DNA of 64,000 nt. Source: Macrostomum lignano. Its lineage: Eukaryota. The translations under genes and the position numbers were made by a program. The DNA lies in assembly GCA_002269645.1 (NCBI GenBank), contig NIVC01002221.1, forward strand, positions 62,001 through 126,000. The letters run 5' to 3'. Under the pieces are notes generated by a model. That model did no database searches. It was given only the letters and a program-made list of their open reading frames with translations, and was not told the origin of the DNA. Shown piece after piece: positions 1 through 35,671 of the stretch. How positions within the stretch are numbered: the stretch's first letter is position 1; every line of letters starts with the position of its first letter.

Positions 1-1453
1 GGAGCGACGTTGAAGCAGCTCCTCCTGCTGCTCCTGTACGAGAAAATCTGACTCGCTTGACGAATTTGACTTGTCAGCCTCAATCTGAAACACGTAGGCG
101 GGGTTTGGACAAGTGTTCGGGCTGGGTTCGGTAGAGCCTGCAGTCAGCCGGTGGTTCGCTGAAGGACTCGAATAGAGGCAGCTTTCAACGCGTTCTCCCT
201 CGGCGCGCATCGCCCGCAACTCCTGGTCCATCAGACTGAACACTGACGACAGCAGCTGCGGATTAGCGTGAAACTGCGGCGCTAGGAGGTTATTGCGCTT
301 CAGGCGCTCCTCCCAGTGCGGCGGCAGGTTGACAAATTGTTCGGCCTCGCGATCGTAGACCAGGCTCAGCAGCTCCCGAGGCTGTCGCGGCGGCGGTGTC
401 GGCGGCGGCGAACCGGCATCGTCTTCATCGTCCGTATTGCCATCACCAGCTCGCTGCTGCAGTGGCGGCTCTGCTGCTTCCGCTGCTGTTGCTTCCGCTG
501 CAGGTACAGTTGCTGAGGCCGGGACCTTATTTCAAAAAGATGCTGTCGTTTTGCTTACACTACGTAACAATTCGCTCTGGCCCTACTTTTGTAATCCATG
601 TAGTTCTGTCATAAAATTCCACAATGTCTACAAGACCAAAACGTCAACTCCCGGAAGTAAAAGAGCCATGACACCCTTACGTAAATGCTTGCGGACTCGT
701 GACATGCTTACGAAAAAAACGAGCACGGAGACCCGTACAGAGCCTACCTACAGACCCCATACCCTACAGAAAGCAAGGGCAAGCCATGAACTCGTGCCTG
801 TTTGCGTTACGCGTGGCATGGACTTGCTCGGGAAATGCGGCGTACGAGCGTAATTAGAGAAACTATCTTCCAACTCCAGCGCATTCCAAGAAGTGTGCAG
901 GACTCAGTCTGTTACAAGAAAACTAGAATAAGTATACTCAATCGCATTTTCAGAATGATGTAAGATTTCTTCTCACCTGTTCTGCTGGTGAGACTGGTAA
1001 CGGCTCTTCACTAATTGATTCAGTCGCCATTGCAGCTCGTTCCTCCTCTCCAGGTTCTTCTTCAATGACTGACATGGTGATCAAAGGAGCTGCTTCTGCT
1101 GCTGTTGCTTCTGCTCCTGTTGCTGCCGTTGCAGGTATAGTTGCTGTCGAAGATGATATCGACTGATCAGTGTTGCTACCCGCTGGTTGGGCCTCGAAGT
1201 ACTGCCGCCAATTCTCGGGTATCCCGTCAAAGCCTTGACTACCCGCATTGAAAGTGATGTGCATCACCCGCTTCACGTTCTGCGGCGTTGAAATTCGACG
1301 ACCACCTTTGCTGGAGCCGCTGCTGCCGTCGTCGCCGCCGCCTTCACTGCTACCGTCGCCGCTGCTGCCGCCTTTGCCACCACCGCGATTCCTGCGCTTA
1401 AATAGCGACGCTATGGAGTCTCGGACACTGTCCAGCTTCTTTGTGGAAGACAT
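1..1453 (-). CDS. PAK: p21-activated kinase (group I PAK-like), N-terminal regulatory region; gene continues beyond the left edge
   Basis: Exon 1 is 1453-977 (ATG of MSSTKK; donor CAG|GTGAGA, phase 0). Exon 2 starts at 525 (acceptor ATAAG|GTC, phase 0, in-frame stop just upstream) and is open to base 1; a further in-frame intron near 34-200 is possible. Exon 1 has the CRIB motif ISTPQNVKRVMHITF..GFDGIPENW. Exon 2 has an acidic/PxxP stretch and YD....QF..LP..W...L...N........NPQ, matching the PAK inhibitory switch. The kinase domain is not in the window. Confidence 0.75.
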
Positions 1454-2430
1454 TCTACCACGTCTGAATGCACGGACCCGCCCCGGTGAGCAATGTTGAC
1501 AGTGAATGGGGCTTATGCGGGGCAATCCAGTAATGGTGTGCCGTCAATATGAGAGCTACTAAGGGCCCCAGCTCTGTGCACAAAGCCTACTGCCGGCGAG
1601 TTTTTCATAGGGCAGTTTATAAAAGAAGGGTTGAAAAGCAAAATGTACATCACTTCAATGCGCACTACAGACGCCGAAGAGGGACTGAACTGTACATTGG
1701 CCTGCAACGCTCCTGCGCCTGCGTAGTGAGCGAGATAGAAAATTTCTCAGTCTTTTTATCTCGCTACTTTCCTGCGGCGCTGCGCCTCCCCCCCCCCTGA
1801 CTGACGATATTCACAGCTGTTTTACTGCTTGCCTGGGTGCATTATCCGAGAGTTTACTTCGAACGCTGGAGAAGATTCTAAATTTAGTAACGAAGGTTCA
1901 GTTTAACAGCTTAACATTGCAAGACGAAATGAAGTTCCGCCAATAATCAAGGTAACAAAATCTGTAATGTCGAACAAGCCTAAACTCTGGAATAAGGAAG
2001 AGAAGAGATGATCGAACAGTTCTTTTAGCTGGTTTATAATCTCTGTAGTCGATTAGATTATTAGCATATTTTTGCATCACTCTCCCTACTCAGTATACAT
2101 CTAGCTCGTACTTCAGTATTCTGCGTACACTTATGAGCACACACAATGTGTGTGTGTGTGTGCAGATTCGGCTGGCTTCACAGACAATGAGCGGTCTGAG
2201 CACATTATAATCAACCCCCCCACACTGTTTACAAGTAAGCTACTTCAGCATTTTTGTGTCTGACTAAATTTAGTTGTGCGTTTTCTCTTGTTGTTTTTTT
2301 ACAAACGAATGCGTGACGAGCTTTCATGTACTGTTATGATAGAATTAGAAATGCTTCGATTTGAAAAATTGGATTTTATAGTCGAGTATAAATCTCAGGG
2401 TTTTTTGAGATTTCACATTGCAACGTGCAG

Positions 2431-2706
2431 CAGGGGCGTGGCCACCGGGGGGGGGGAGGACAGGGGAGACATGCCAGTGCTTTGACCTTGTGACGCGGCC
2501 GTTGTGGAAATAAAAAACTTTTCTCCAGGGCGCCAAAATATAGCGCCTTCAGAGCCAAAATGAGTGGCTGCGGCGCCAAAATGATGAGCGCTGACAACAC
2601 CCGATTCTCAAAATAATGGACATGTAGGAATCTAGTCATGTATATGTACATGCCTTATTCTAATTGGCTTTATCCCCCGCCTTAAAATCCATGGCGACGC
2701 CCCCTG
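2431..2706. mobile_element. Putative hAT-like MITE (about 276 bp)
   Basis: Imperfect TIRs CAGGGGCGTGGCCA (2431) and TGGCGACGCCCCCTG (ends 2706); internal GGCGCCAAAAT repeats. The 8-bp flanks match only partly (ACGTGCAG / ACGTTATT). Confidence 0.45.
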
Positions 2707-2856
2707 ACGTTATTTCTGATCGCACCTGTCTGCCCAGAAACAATTGACTTCATGTAAAGATCAATAAGCACATTTAAATGTAATTAGTTAATAGCCGAAC
2801 TACATTAGAAACTCGATCTCTTTCCGAGATCCTCAAACTGACTCTGCTGAAAAGTT

Positions 2857-2862
2857 TTTATT
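2857..2862 (-). terminator. Candidate polyadenylation signal AATAAA of the secreted peptide gene
   Basis: TTTATT on the plus strand about 40 nt downstream of the stop at 2903. Confidence 0.5.
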
Positions 2863-2902
2863 ATTATTTTTTCGACGTAAGCGCGTACAATGGATTGCCG
2901 GC

Positions 2903-3205
2903 TCAGATCTTGATGCAGCTGATCAGCTTGATAGCGTTGCCGCCGCAGTTGGTGGCAAAGCAGTTGGCCATGCGAACTGGGTCGAAGCCGTTGGACAGCG
3001 CACAGCCGTATATGCTGTTGATGATGCAGCTGAGCGAGCTGATGCCGGCCTGACGGACGCACTCCATGTCGACGCTGATGAAGGGCATGACCTCTTGGAT
3101 GAGATCGTTGATGACTTCGTCCTGCTGTTGGACAGTGTAGGCGGCTGATGCGGCCGACGCCATGGCTAGGACAGCCAGCAGGTAGCTCAGAAGCTTCGTG
3201 TACAT
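2903..3205 (-). CDS. Small secreted cysteine-rich protein (100 aa, signal peptide, 6 Cys), family unrecognised
   Basis: Intronless ATG-to-stop ORF with GC-rich codon usage like the other exons. Hydrophobic signal peptide (LLSYLLAVLAMASAASA), acidic spacer, Cys spacing C-x10-C-x7-C-x13-C-x4-C-x9-C, and a downstream AATAAA. Confidence 0.85.
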   Translation of the reverse strand: MYTKLLSYLLAVLAMASAASAAYTVQQQDEVINDLIQEVMPFISVDMECVRQAGISSLSCIINSIYGCALSNGFDPVRMANCFATNCGGNAIKLISCIKI

Positions 3206-5001
3206 TCTTGATTTTGCAAATATATATCGGTGCGGAAGTTGCAGAACTGTGGAATTCTGTTTTCGGAACTTACATGTATCGGCCCGTATTGGATTTTATA
3301 TGTAGAGTGGCAGAGGAGAATGGCGCCATGGAGCTGCAGCTGACGAAATTCTCGGCTCCCATGGAAATTTAGCATACACAATTAACTGGACAGAAAGCAA
3401 TTATTGCCTCATTTTGTGCTGTTGCTAAAGGGCAAACTGCATGTTTCTTAATTGTCCATTGTGACTTAATGTATAGATCTTGGGTGGCAGCAGAATACTA
3501 AACAGTAAAAAACTTGGGCTCTGGTCCGCGATGAGAACTTAACACACGTTGCAGGAAAAAATAGCTGGCTGGTCGAGTGATTTCAAAGCAGATTTCGCGG
3601 CAGTGTAAAAGAGATAACCTCAAACTCAAATGAGTCCGCTTCCCACGATCACATCTGGTTAATTGTTGCCGGGTGTAATTGGAATTGCGTGCCGTTTCGC
3701 TTGACTTAACGAAGTAGAATTACCCATCGGGAAATGCTATGCGTCTTTATTAAACTGGCTACAATAACAGAGATCCATGAATAAATGAAATGTGAAAGAT
3801 TGCATGTACATAAATTTAGTGAAAAGTTGTACATATCAATTAAGAAGAGTTTGCATATGCAGATTTATGTTGTAGTCATATAGGCATATAACATTGATTT
3901 ATATTGAGTGCAAGGTAAGCTGCGCGCAAATTCCATACAGTAAAATACCAGAGAGAAGTATTTGAATTACCATGTATGAACATGCTACAGAATTTCCAAA
4001 TCAACCGGCTTATATATATAAATACAGGCTCGCTCAAGGATAAAGTGTTATGCGATATACATGTACATTAGGGATCCGGTCCGAGACTTGTACGTACTGC
4101 AGTACATAAATCTATTTACAAGTACTCTCGTACATGTTACATATTCTGAACTTGCACACGCATGAATTATACCGGTATATAAGCTGTTGAAAATTAGTTG
4201 AATTCAGAATGGCAAATTTGCCTAAAGTGAGCTGGGGGACCTATATCGCTCGTCTTTTTTCATTTCATAATTAAGTTTTGTGAAATTTAGGTCTTATCGG
4301 CACCTTTTAATCTTCAAACGCAAAATAATTAGTAAACTGCAGTTCCTTTTTAAAGTATCGTCCGACAAGTTGATATTTGTCAGGGCCATTGTTATATGGA
4401 TATTGTAACGTATTGAACTGCATATTCATCATAAAATATTACTAATATATTAAATTTTAGTAAAAATTAGAGACTAAAAAGTTTTTTATTTTGGTTAATG
4501 TGCTTACAGCCACAAAAATGCCTTCTTTGATTTAACTATTAATTATTTTTCTGAGAATTATTAGGCACAAGTTTAACATGATTAAAACGAGCATGGTTTA
4601 TACTGCCCGATCATCACCAAGTGATATTATTTGATTGATAAGCCTACCCACCCTGCTCTACAACTAGCTAAGACTTTTTGAATTTGCATAATTTCAGTAT
4701 AAAAATTGAGTTGAGAAGAAAAAATACTAAAGCTTGTCCGAGTTGTTTTTTCTCAAGTATATTTTCTGTGAAAGAGTAAAACATTTACTTTTGATACTTT
4801 GTCTCGTCTGTCGTCTGTTAGTTTGGGTTCGGGCCTAGGCCTATGATTTTGTAAATATATTGTATAGGCTATTGCAAAATTTGACTATTCTAATATTGCT
4901 ACAGTAAAAAGACGGTGCCCTTAACAAATCAGTAGATGAAACCAGTAAAAAATAGTCTGTTGTTGGTTTTTTGAGTTTAATTATTTTATTCTCAAAGTAA
5001 A

Positions 5002-28896
<23,895 letters not shown>

Positions 28897-29547
28897 GCTA
28901 CCATGTAATTACCGAGTTGACTTTTTTACAGAAAGAAGCGTTTTAGACTGGCTAATCAGTAGTATTGTACGCGCATGCTCAGCTGTCTTTTATTTATTAA
29001 AATTCTGAATGCAATTTTTTGAACAAAACTTTGCATGCATATAGTATTGTGTTATAATCAGGCAATTTCTATACACCTGATGTTTGCTTGGCTTTTTATT
29101 ATGGCTAAATTGCTTCTATTTATGAGTTTTTCAGTCGCTTCCCGCGAACAGCACTGGCTATTGAACATTATGAGCTTAGCTTTTTTAATGCAACTTGTCG
29201 CAATCCTGCTATAGAATGGGGTACTACTTTTTCAAGTAGTAGTATATATCGATGCATGCTAGTATTCTATCTGGCTACTTTGCTGTTATTTTCGATCAAA
29301 TTTGCTTAACTGTCTATTGCTTGTTTTGCTTTGTTATATCACTATATTATCCATTCAAATTTTGCACCTGTGCGTACTGTACTACTGTACGTCTTTCAGC
29401 CTATCCGTTGTGTACCTGCCTGTCTGCATTGCATGGCCGCTGTTTGTTCGCACATTTTGCTGCAGTCTCTTTAACAGTGCGTATTGGCGTCTGTCTTCTT
29501 TCAGCCTAAAGGTGTGAAAATGTTCCTGATAAGCAGCCAACTTAAAC

Positions 29548-30575
29548 ATGCCCACTCCAATGTACACCCACCCACTCCAATGTACACCCACCCACTCCAA
29601 TGTACACCCGCCCACTCCAATGTACACCCGCCCACTCCAATGTACACCCACCCACTCCAATGTACACCCACCCACTCCAATGAACACCCGCCCACTCCAA
29701 TGTACACCCACCCACTCCAATGTACACCCACCCACTCCAATGTACACCCGCCCACTCCAATGTACACCCGCCCACTCCAATGTACACCCACCCACTCCAA
29801 TGTACACCCACCCACTCCAATGTACACCCACCCACTCCAATGTACACCCACCCACTCCAATGTACACCCGCCCACTCCAATGTACACCCACCCACTCCAA
29901 TGTACACCCGCCCACTCCAATGTACACCCACCCACTCCAATGTACACCCGCCCACTCCAATGTACACCCGCCCACTCCAATGTACACCCGCCCACTCCAA
30001 TGTACACCCGCCCACTCCAATGTACACCCACCCACTCCAATGTACACCCGCCCACTCCAATGTACACCCGCCCACTCCAATGTACACCCACCCACTCCAA
30101 TGTATACCCACCCACTCCAATGTACACCCGCCCACTCCAATGTACACCCACCCACTCCAATGTACACCCACCCACTCCAATGTACACCCACCCACTCCAA
30201 TGTACACCCACCCACTCCAATGTACACCCGCCCACTCCAATGTACACCCACCCACTCCAATGTACACCCGCCCACTCCAATGTACACCCGCCCACTCCAA
30301 TGTACACCCGCCCACTCCAATGTACACCCGCCCACTCCAATGTACACCCACCCACTCCAATGTACACCCGCCCACTCCAATGTACACCCGCCCACTCCAA
30401 TGTACACCCACCCACTCCAATGTACACCCACCCACTCCAATGTACACCCGCCCACTCCAATGTACACCCACCCACTCCAATGTACACCCACCCACTCCAA
30501 TGTACACCCACCCACTCCAATGCACACCCACCCACTCCAATGTACACCCACCCCTACTCATCCACTACAATGTAC
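29548..30575. repeat. 20-bp minisatellite downstream of DIP2
   Basis: Unit CCCACTCCAATGTACACCC(A/G). Confidence 0.97.
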
Positions 30576-31349
30576 AGCCGCCCCCACCCATACATTGACC
30601 CATTCCGATTCCAGTTTAGGTAATAAATTTTAGTCGTTTATTATCTACTAACAGGAGTAGTGTGGTTGGAAAATCAGTAGTATTTCGCGCAGAATGTTAA
30701 TTAAATTTCCTTGCAGCTCGACAAGATTGGTTGCTTTTTTATCAGCCCGGTAGGAAAATTTTTGTATGAAATTTTTATTACTTAGTGAGAATAGTATATG
30801 GCTTCTGGCTATTCTTTTAAAATATAATTGTCACCCCTATCAGACGTGCATGTACATGTGCTTGAAGCTTTCGCTAATTATTTCTGTTACTGTTGTATAT
30901 CATACCTATCGGCTGCTTATAATCCATGTTAAGCATTGTTTTTTACCTCTCCTAAACAATAATAACAAATTTTATTATTACTAATAATGTGCTGCAAATA
31001 TTTGTATAAAGTCACTCAATACAATTATTTACCATATGATCTGTGTACTTTTATTATGCACTGATATGTGACTTAACAGTTTTTTGTGTTTTCAAGAATA
31101 CATTATTATTATAGCTGTACTTTATATTATACAATATAATTGTGCAGCCTCATAAATCAGTAAATCCTGGTTGAGTTAAATGAAATGTACTTTCTTATTC
31201 AAATATACTGAATCACCTGTGAGCCATTTTGCAGTACCGGCTTTTTTGTACTAACTATATTAACAATTAATGTGCTTTTGAGCGTTTCCAATTAGTTTAA
31301 CCATTTCATAGTGCCACCTGTTCAATGTGCTTAAAAGACTTAGGATGAA

Positions 31350-32008
31350 AGATTGGGATTGTGAAGCTGGAGGGTTGTGAAGATTGGGATTGTGAAGCTG
31401 GGGTGTTGTGAAGATTGGGGATTGTGAAGATTAGGGATCGTGAAGTTTGGAGATTGTAAAGATTGGGGATTGTGAAGCTTGGGGATTGTGAAGATTGGGA
31501 TTGTGAAGCTGGAGGGTTGTGAAGATTGGGATTGTGAAGCTGGAGGGTTGTGAAGATTGGGATTGTGAAGCTGGGGTGTTGTGAAGATTAAGGATTGTGA
31601 AGATTAGGGATCGTGAAGTTTGGAGATTGTAAAGATTGGGGATTGTGAAGCTTGGGGATTGTGAAGATTGGGATTGTGAAGCTGGGGGTTGTGAAGATTG
31701 GGATTTTGAAGCTGGGGGTTGTGAAGATTGGGATTGTGAAGCTGGTGGTTGTGAAGATTGGGATTGTGAAGCTGGGGTGTTGTGAAGATTTGGGATTGTG
31801 AAGATTAGGGATCTGAAGTTTGGAGATTGTAAAGATTAGGGATTGTGAATGTTGGGGATTGTGAGGATTAGGGATTGTAAAGATTGGGGGTTGTGAAGAT
31901 TGGAGATTGTGAAGCTTGGGGATTGTGAAGATTAAGGATGTGAAAATTGGGGACTGTGAAGAATGGGGACTGTGAAGCCTGGGATTGTGAAGATTGGGGA
32001 TTGCGAAG
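31350..32008. repeat. 15-16-bp degenerate minisatellite
   Basis: Alternating TTGTGAAGATTGGGA / TTGTGAAGCTGGGG units. Confidence 0.93.
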
Positions 32009-32451
32009 CTCGAATAGTCGAAGAACCCACTGTGGAAATGCTACCGTTGAACCATCGCTGTCTGTGGCATTTATGATCGAAGCTAGAAAATCGGGCAACA
32101 CATTTACATCTCGGTCAAAGCCAGGCAAATGTTGCTGAATAAGTTAAATGCTAAAATGTTAGGAACAATTTCTGCATGGCTGTTAAACCGTGAACATCCT
32201 GGTGACATTTAGCTGACTCCTGGCGCCTGCACGGCAACCCCATTTGTCAAGTTATAGAATTTCGAACTTCACTTTAGCTATGAAATGCGTCGCGCTCAGC
32301 ATTGCATTGTAACAAAACTGTTGGCCTGTGCAGGTATACGCATTCACACTCGTGCCTTTCCTACCTTCATTGCGCAAAACTTTGTGCGGCTTGAGAAAGC
32401 GCTGGCGTTGTTAGATTGACTGACACAGGGCGCTTATCTAGCGGCCTCGCA

Positions 32452-33255
32452 TCTGACACCCAACAGGACGTCTCTGACACCCAATGTGATGTCTCTGACA
32501 CCCAACAGGACGTCTCTGACACCCAATGTGATGTCTCTGACACCCAACAGGACGTCTCTGACACCCAATGTGATGTCTCTGACACCCAACAGGACGTCTC
32601 TGACACCCAACAGGACGTCTCTGACACCCAATATGACGTCTCTGACACCCAATATGACGTCTCTGACACCCAATATGACGTCTCTGACACCCAATATGAC
32701 GTCTCTGACACCCAATATGACGTCTCTGACACCCAATATGACGTTCTGACACCCAATATGACGTCTCTGACACCCAATGTGATGTCTCTGACACCCAATA
32801 TGACGTCTCTGACACCCAATATGACGTCTCTGACACCCAATGTGATGTCTCTGACACCCAACAGGACGTCTCTGACACCCAATGTGATGTCTCTGACACC
32901 CAATATGATGTCTCTGACACCCAATATGACGTCTCTGACACCCAACAGGACGTCTCTGACACCCAATATGATGTCTCTGACACCCAATATGACGTCTCTG
33001 ACACCCAACAGGACGTCTCTGACACCCAATGTGACGTCTCTGACACCCAATGTGATGTCTCTGACACCCAATATGACGTCTCTAACACCCAATATGACGT
33101 CTCTAACACCCAATATGACGTCTCTAACACCCAATATGACATCTCTAACACCCAATATGACGTCTCTGACGCCCAATATGACGTCTCTGACACCCAATGT
33201 GATGTCTCTGACACCCAATGTGATGTCTCTGACACCCAACATGGCGCCTCTGACA
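32452..33255. repeat. 21-bp minisatellite
   Basis: Unit GTCTCTGACACCCAA(TATGAC/TGTGAT/CAGGAC). Confidence 0.96.
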
Positions 33256-35049
33256 CTCAAATGGCGTCTCTGTAACATTTACAACCACCTGTAGCATTTG
33301 CTACCAATAGGCAGCTGTGCACCCCATGAGTATCCTTGTCCACCGCCCTATATGACCCCATGCTATAGCTCCAATTGGTGTACTGCTCTTGTACATTTGC
33401 TCGCATCTGGAATCGAGACGGCTTACGAAACTTACCCTTTGTCAAGTTCTAACTCTCTGTAGCTTCTCTCCCCGTTGGACCTTCTACGCAGAATAAACAG
33501 CCCCCCCCCCTGGAAATTGAAGGCCATGCACGCGCTCTTCGTGGCCTTTTTCAGTGGTACCCCCTACCGTTGGCGCTTCCAAACAAATGTCAAAGCCCGC
33601 CTCTGTATCCATGTGGAACTTGGGGGTCGTTCTTTGCCGGTGGAAATGTCAAGGGGGCCCCGACTAGAGATCGAAGTTGGTCCAACCTCTTGTAGCTTGT
33701 AATCCGACTGTAAGCACGGGCTAGGGGGAATGGATCTATTCCTCTGCGGCCACCACCCCACCCACTCTCAAGCATGCGGCGTCAGTTGCTGCTGGGAAGC
33801 TTCATCTCTCTTGCATGCATTTGGCATTTGGCTGGCTGCATGGATCAACAGGCCTTTCCACCCCACCCCGACAGATCCCCGGGCCTCTCTAGTGGCAGCC
33901 ATTTCGCAAAGTTGACCTGACATTTCGCCCAGTGCGGTCTGCGCGGCGAGCCGCTGAAGTTCGGTTGGTTTATGGTAGATCAGCAGCTTCCAAGTCTGCA
34001 TATCGAGTGCAGCTCTTCCTTGTTGAAAACCCTGAACAGGTTTTGAGTTAGCAGAGTGTACATGCCTAACGATTAGAAAGTCAGGGCCGCTGTACACCCT
34101 GAGTGAGCTCAGGAGTCCGCGGAATGGGCAGAATTGCCGTTGCGGGACCATGTCCTGGAATTTTTACTTTCATATAGACCGCATGAAGTTGCCACTCCTG
34201 ACTTCAGTTCCTGGATCTCCCTGGTCAGTCAGTCGGACGATATGACGCACGCAGCTGCTGGGAAGTTAAGAATGCCAAGTGGGACAGGAGTTTTATGAAG
34301 ACATTTTCTTTTCTAAGAGAGCTAGAAAAAGGTAAAATTGCGCAAAAAGAGAAAACCAAATCGTCTTGTCTTGACTTGGGGCTCGCTGTTGTTTTCACTT
34401 ACTTCAAGGGGCCAATGGGTACATTTGTTGCTGCGCAAATTTCTTCTTCTGCAAAAGGCACGTCGATTGCTTATTCTGCAAAGGAAAATTTCTCATGCTC
34501 AGATTGAGTTTGATCGATTTTTTATTCGATTCCAAGGTGATTCTCAGACCAGAAATCAATGTCAATGGTAGATTCGGCAGTGCTTCAAGACCCATTATCC
34601 AATTTTTGTTCAACAAAAATAATATAAAAATTTACTGAACTTGCAGAAGTTTCCAGAGCGAGAAGCATTTGCCCAACACAGCTGGCATACCTACAGAATG
34701 TCGGAACATTTCGGAAATGTCACCACCGCCCCCAGATCCTCCCTGGATCCCGCTGTGGCCCTCTATCAGCAAATCGATGCAATATTTGCCGCAGCAGTCC
34801 AAGTGTTTCTGCAGCCCCTTCATTCCTCCCCTCTCCTTTCTCCCCTTCTCTCACCTCTCTCTTGAAATCCCTGTTTTGAAAACTTGGCCACCGACCTCAG
34901 TTGGGGAAATTCAATTGGCCTTGGCCTTTACCGCCGCGGGCCTCGGTGTCTATCGCACTGATCGATAAACTTTCACAGCCCCCATCAACAGCCCCGCCTC
35001 CTCCCCGCGCCCCACGGAACCGTCAATAAAAGCGAGCGGCGTCGGGCGC

Positions 35050-35201
35050 GCCCAAGGATCTCTTCGCCTGCCAGAGACGGCGCGTGCGGACCCGGAACTG
35101 CTTCGCTCCTTCTACACACTTTTAATAGGACTTGCCACTTTTTCTTTCACTAGACTGAGATTTCAATTTCATTTGCTTTTGTTTTAATTCGTCACTATAA
35201 G
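35050..35201 (+). other. Probable non-coding first exon of the myosin heavy chain gene (5' boundary approximate)
   Basis: Strong donor AAG|GTAAGC at 35201/35202 pairs with acceptor CCAG|AC-ATG at 35669/35670. A GC-rich promoter-like tract lies at 34980-35100. Confidence 0.55.
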
Positions 35202-35294
35202 GTAAGCCGGCTTAGAACTCTTGAAATGTTTCTTATCATTACAATGTCCAGGTGCAGGCATTAGTGCCCGTGTGCAGGTGTAAGATTTTACCTG

Positions 35295-35582
35295 CACACA
35301 ATGTCCCAGGTGCAGGTGTTATCCCAATGTCCCAGTTGCAGGTGTTATCCCAATGTCCCAGGTGCAGGTGTTATCCCAATGTCCCAGGTGCAGGTGTTAT
35401 CCCAATGTCCCAGGTGCAGGTGTTATCCCAATGTCCCAGGTGCAGGTGTTATCCCAATGTCCCAGTTGCAGGTGTTATCCCAATGTCCCAGGTGCAGGTG
35501 TTATCCAATGTCCCAGTTGCAGGTGTTATCCAATGTCCCAGGTGCAGGTGTTATCCAATGTCCCAGGTGCAGGTGTTATCGA
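35295..35582. repeat. 26-bp minisatellite in the myosin 5' UTR intron
   Basis: Unit AATGTCCCAGGTGCAGGTGTTATCCC. Confidence 0.94.
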
Positions 35583-35671
35583 CAATTTCAGTTGTATACG
35601 TATCTCGTGAAATCTTATCATTGGCATCTTCAACAGCAGCTCACACCTGTCCCGCAATCCCCAATCCAGAC

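Noticed and set aside
1454-1525. ORF-track start at 1525 for the PAK exon
   Set aside because: It is a TTG; the first ATG is at 1453. Several other track starts are also non-ATG.
31350-32008. Scattered TTAGGG hexamers
   Set aside because: They are isolated variants within a 15-16-bp array, not a telomeric tract.
32200-32420. Plus-strand LHGNPIC and IHTRAF snippets resembling leucine-rich repeats
   Set aside because: Short, interrupted by stops, and lacking a repeated LxxLxLxxN pattern.
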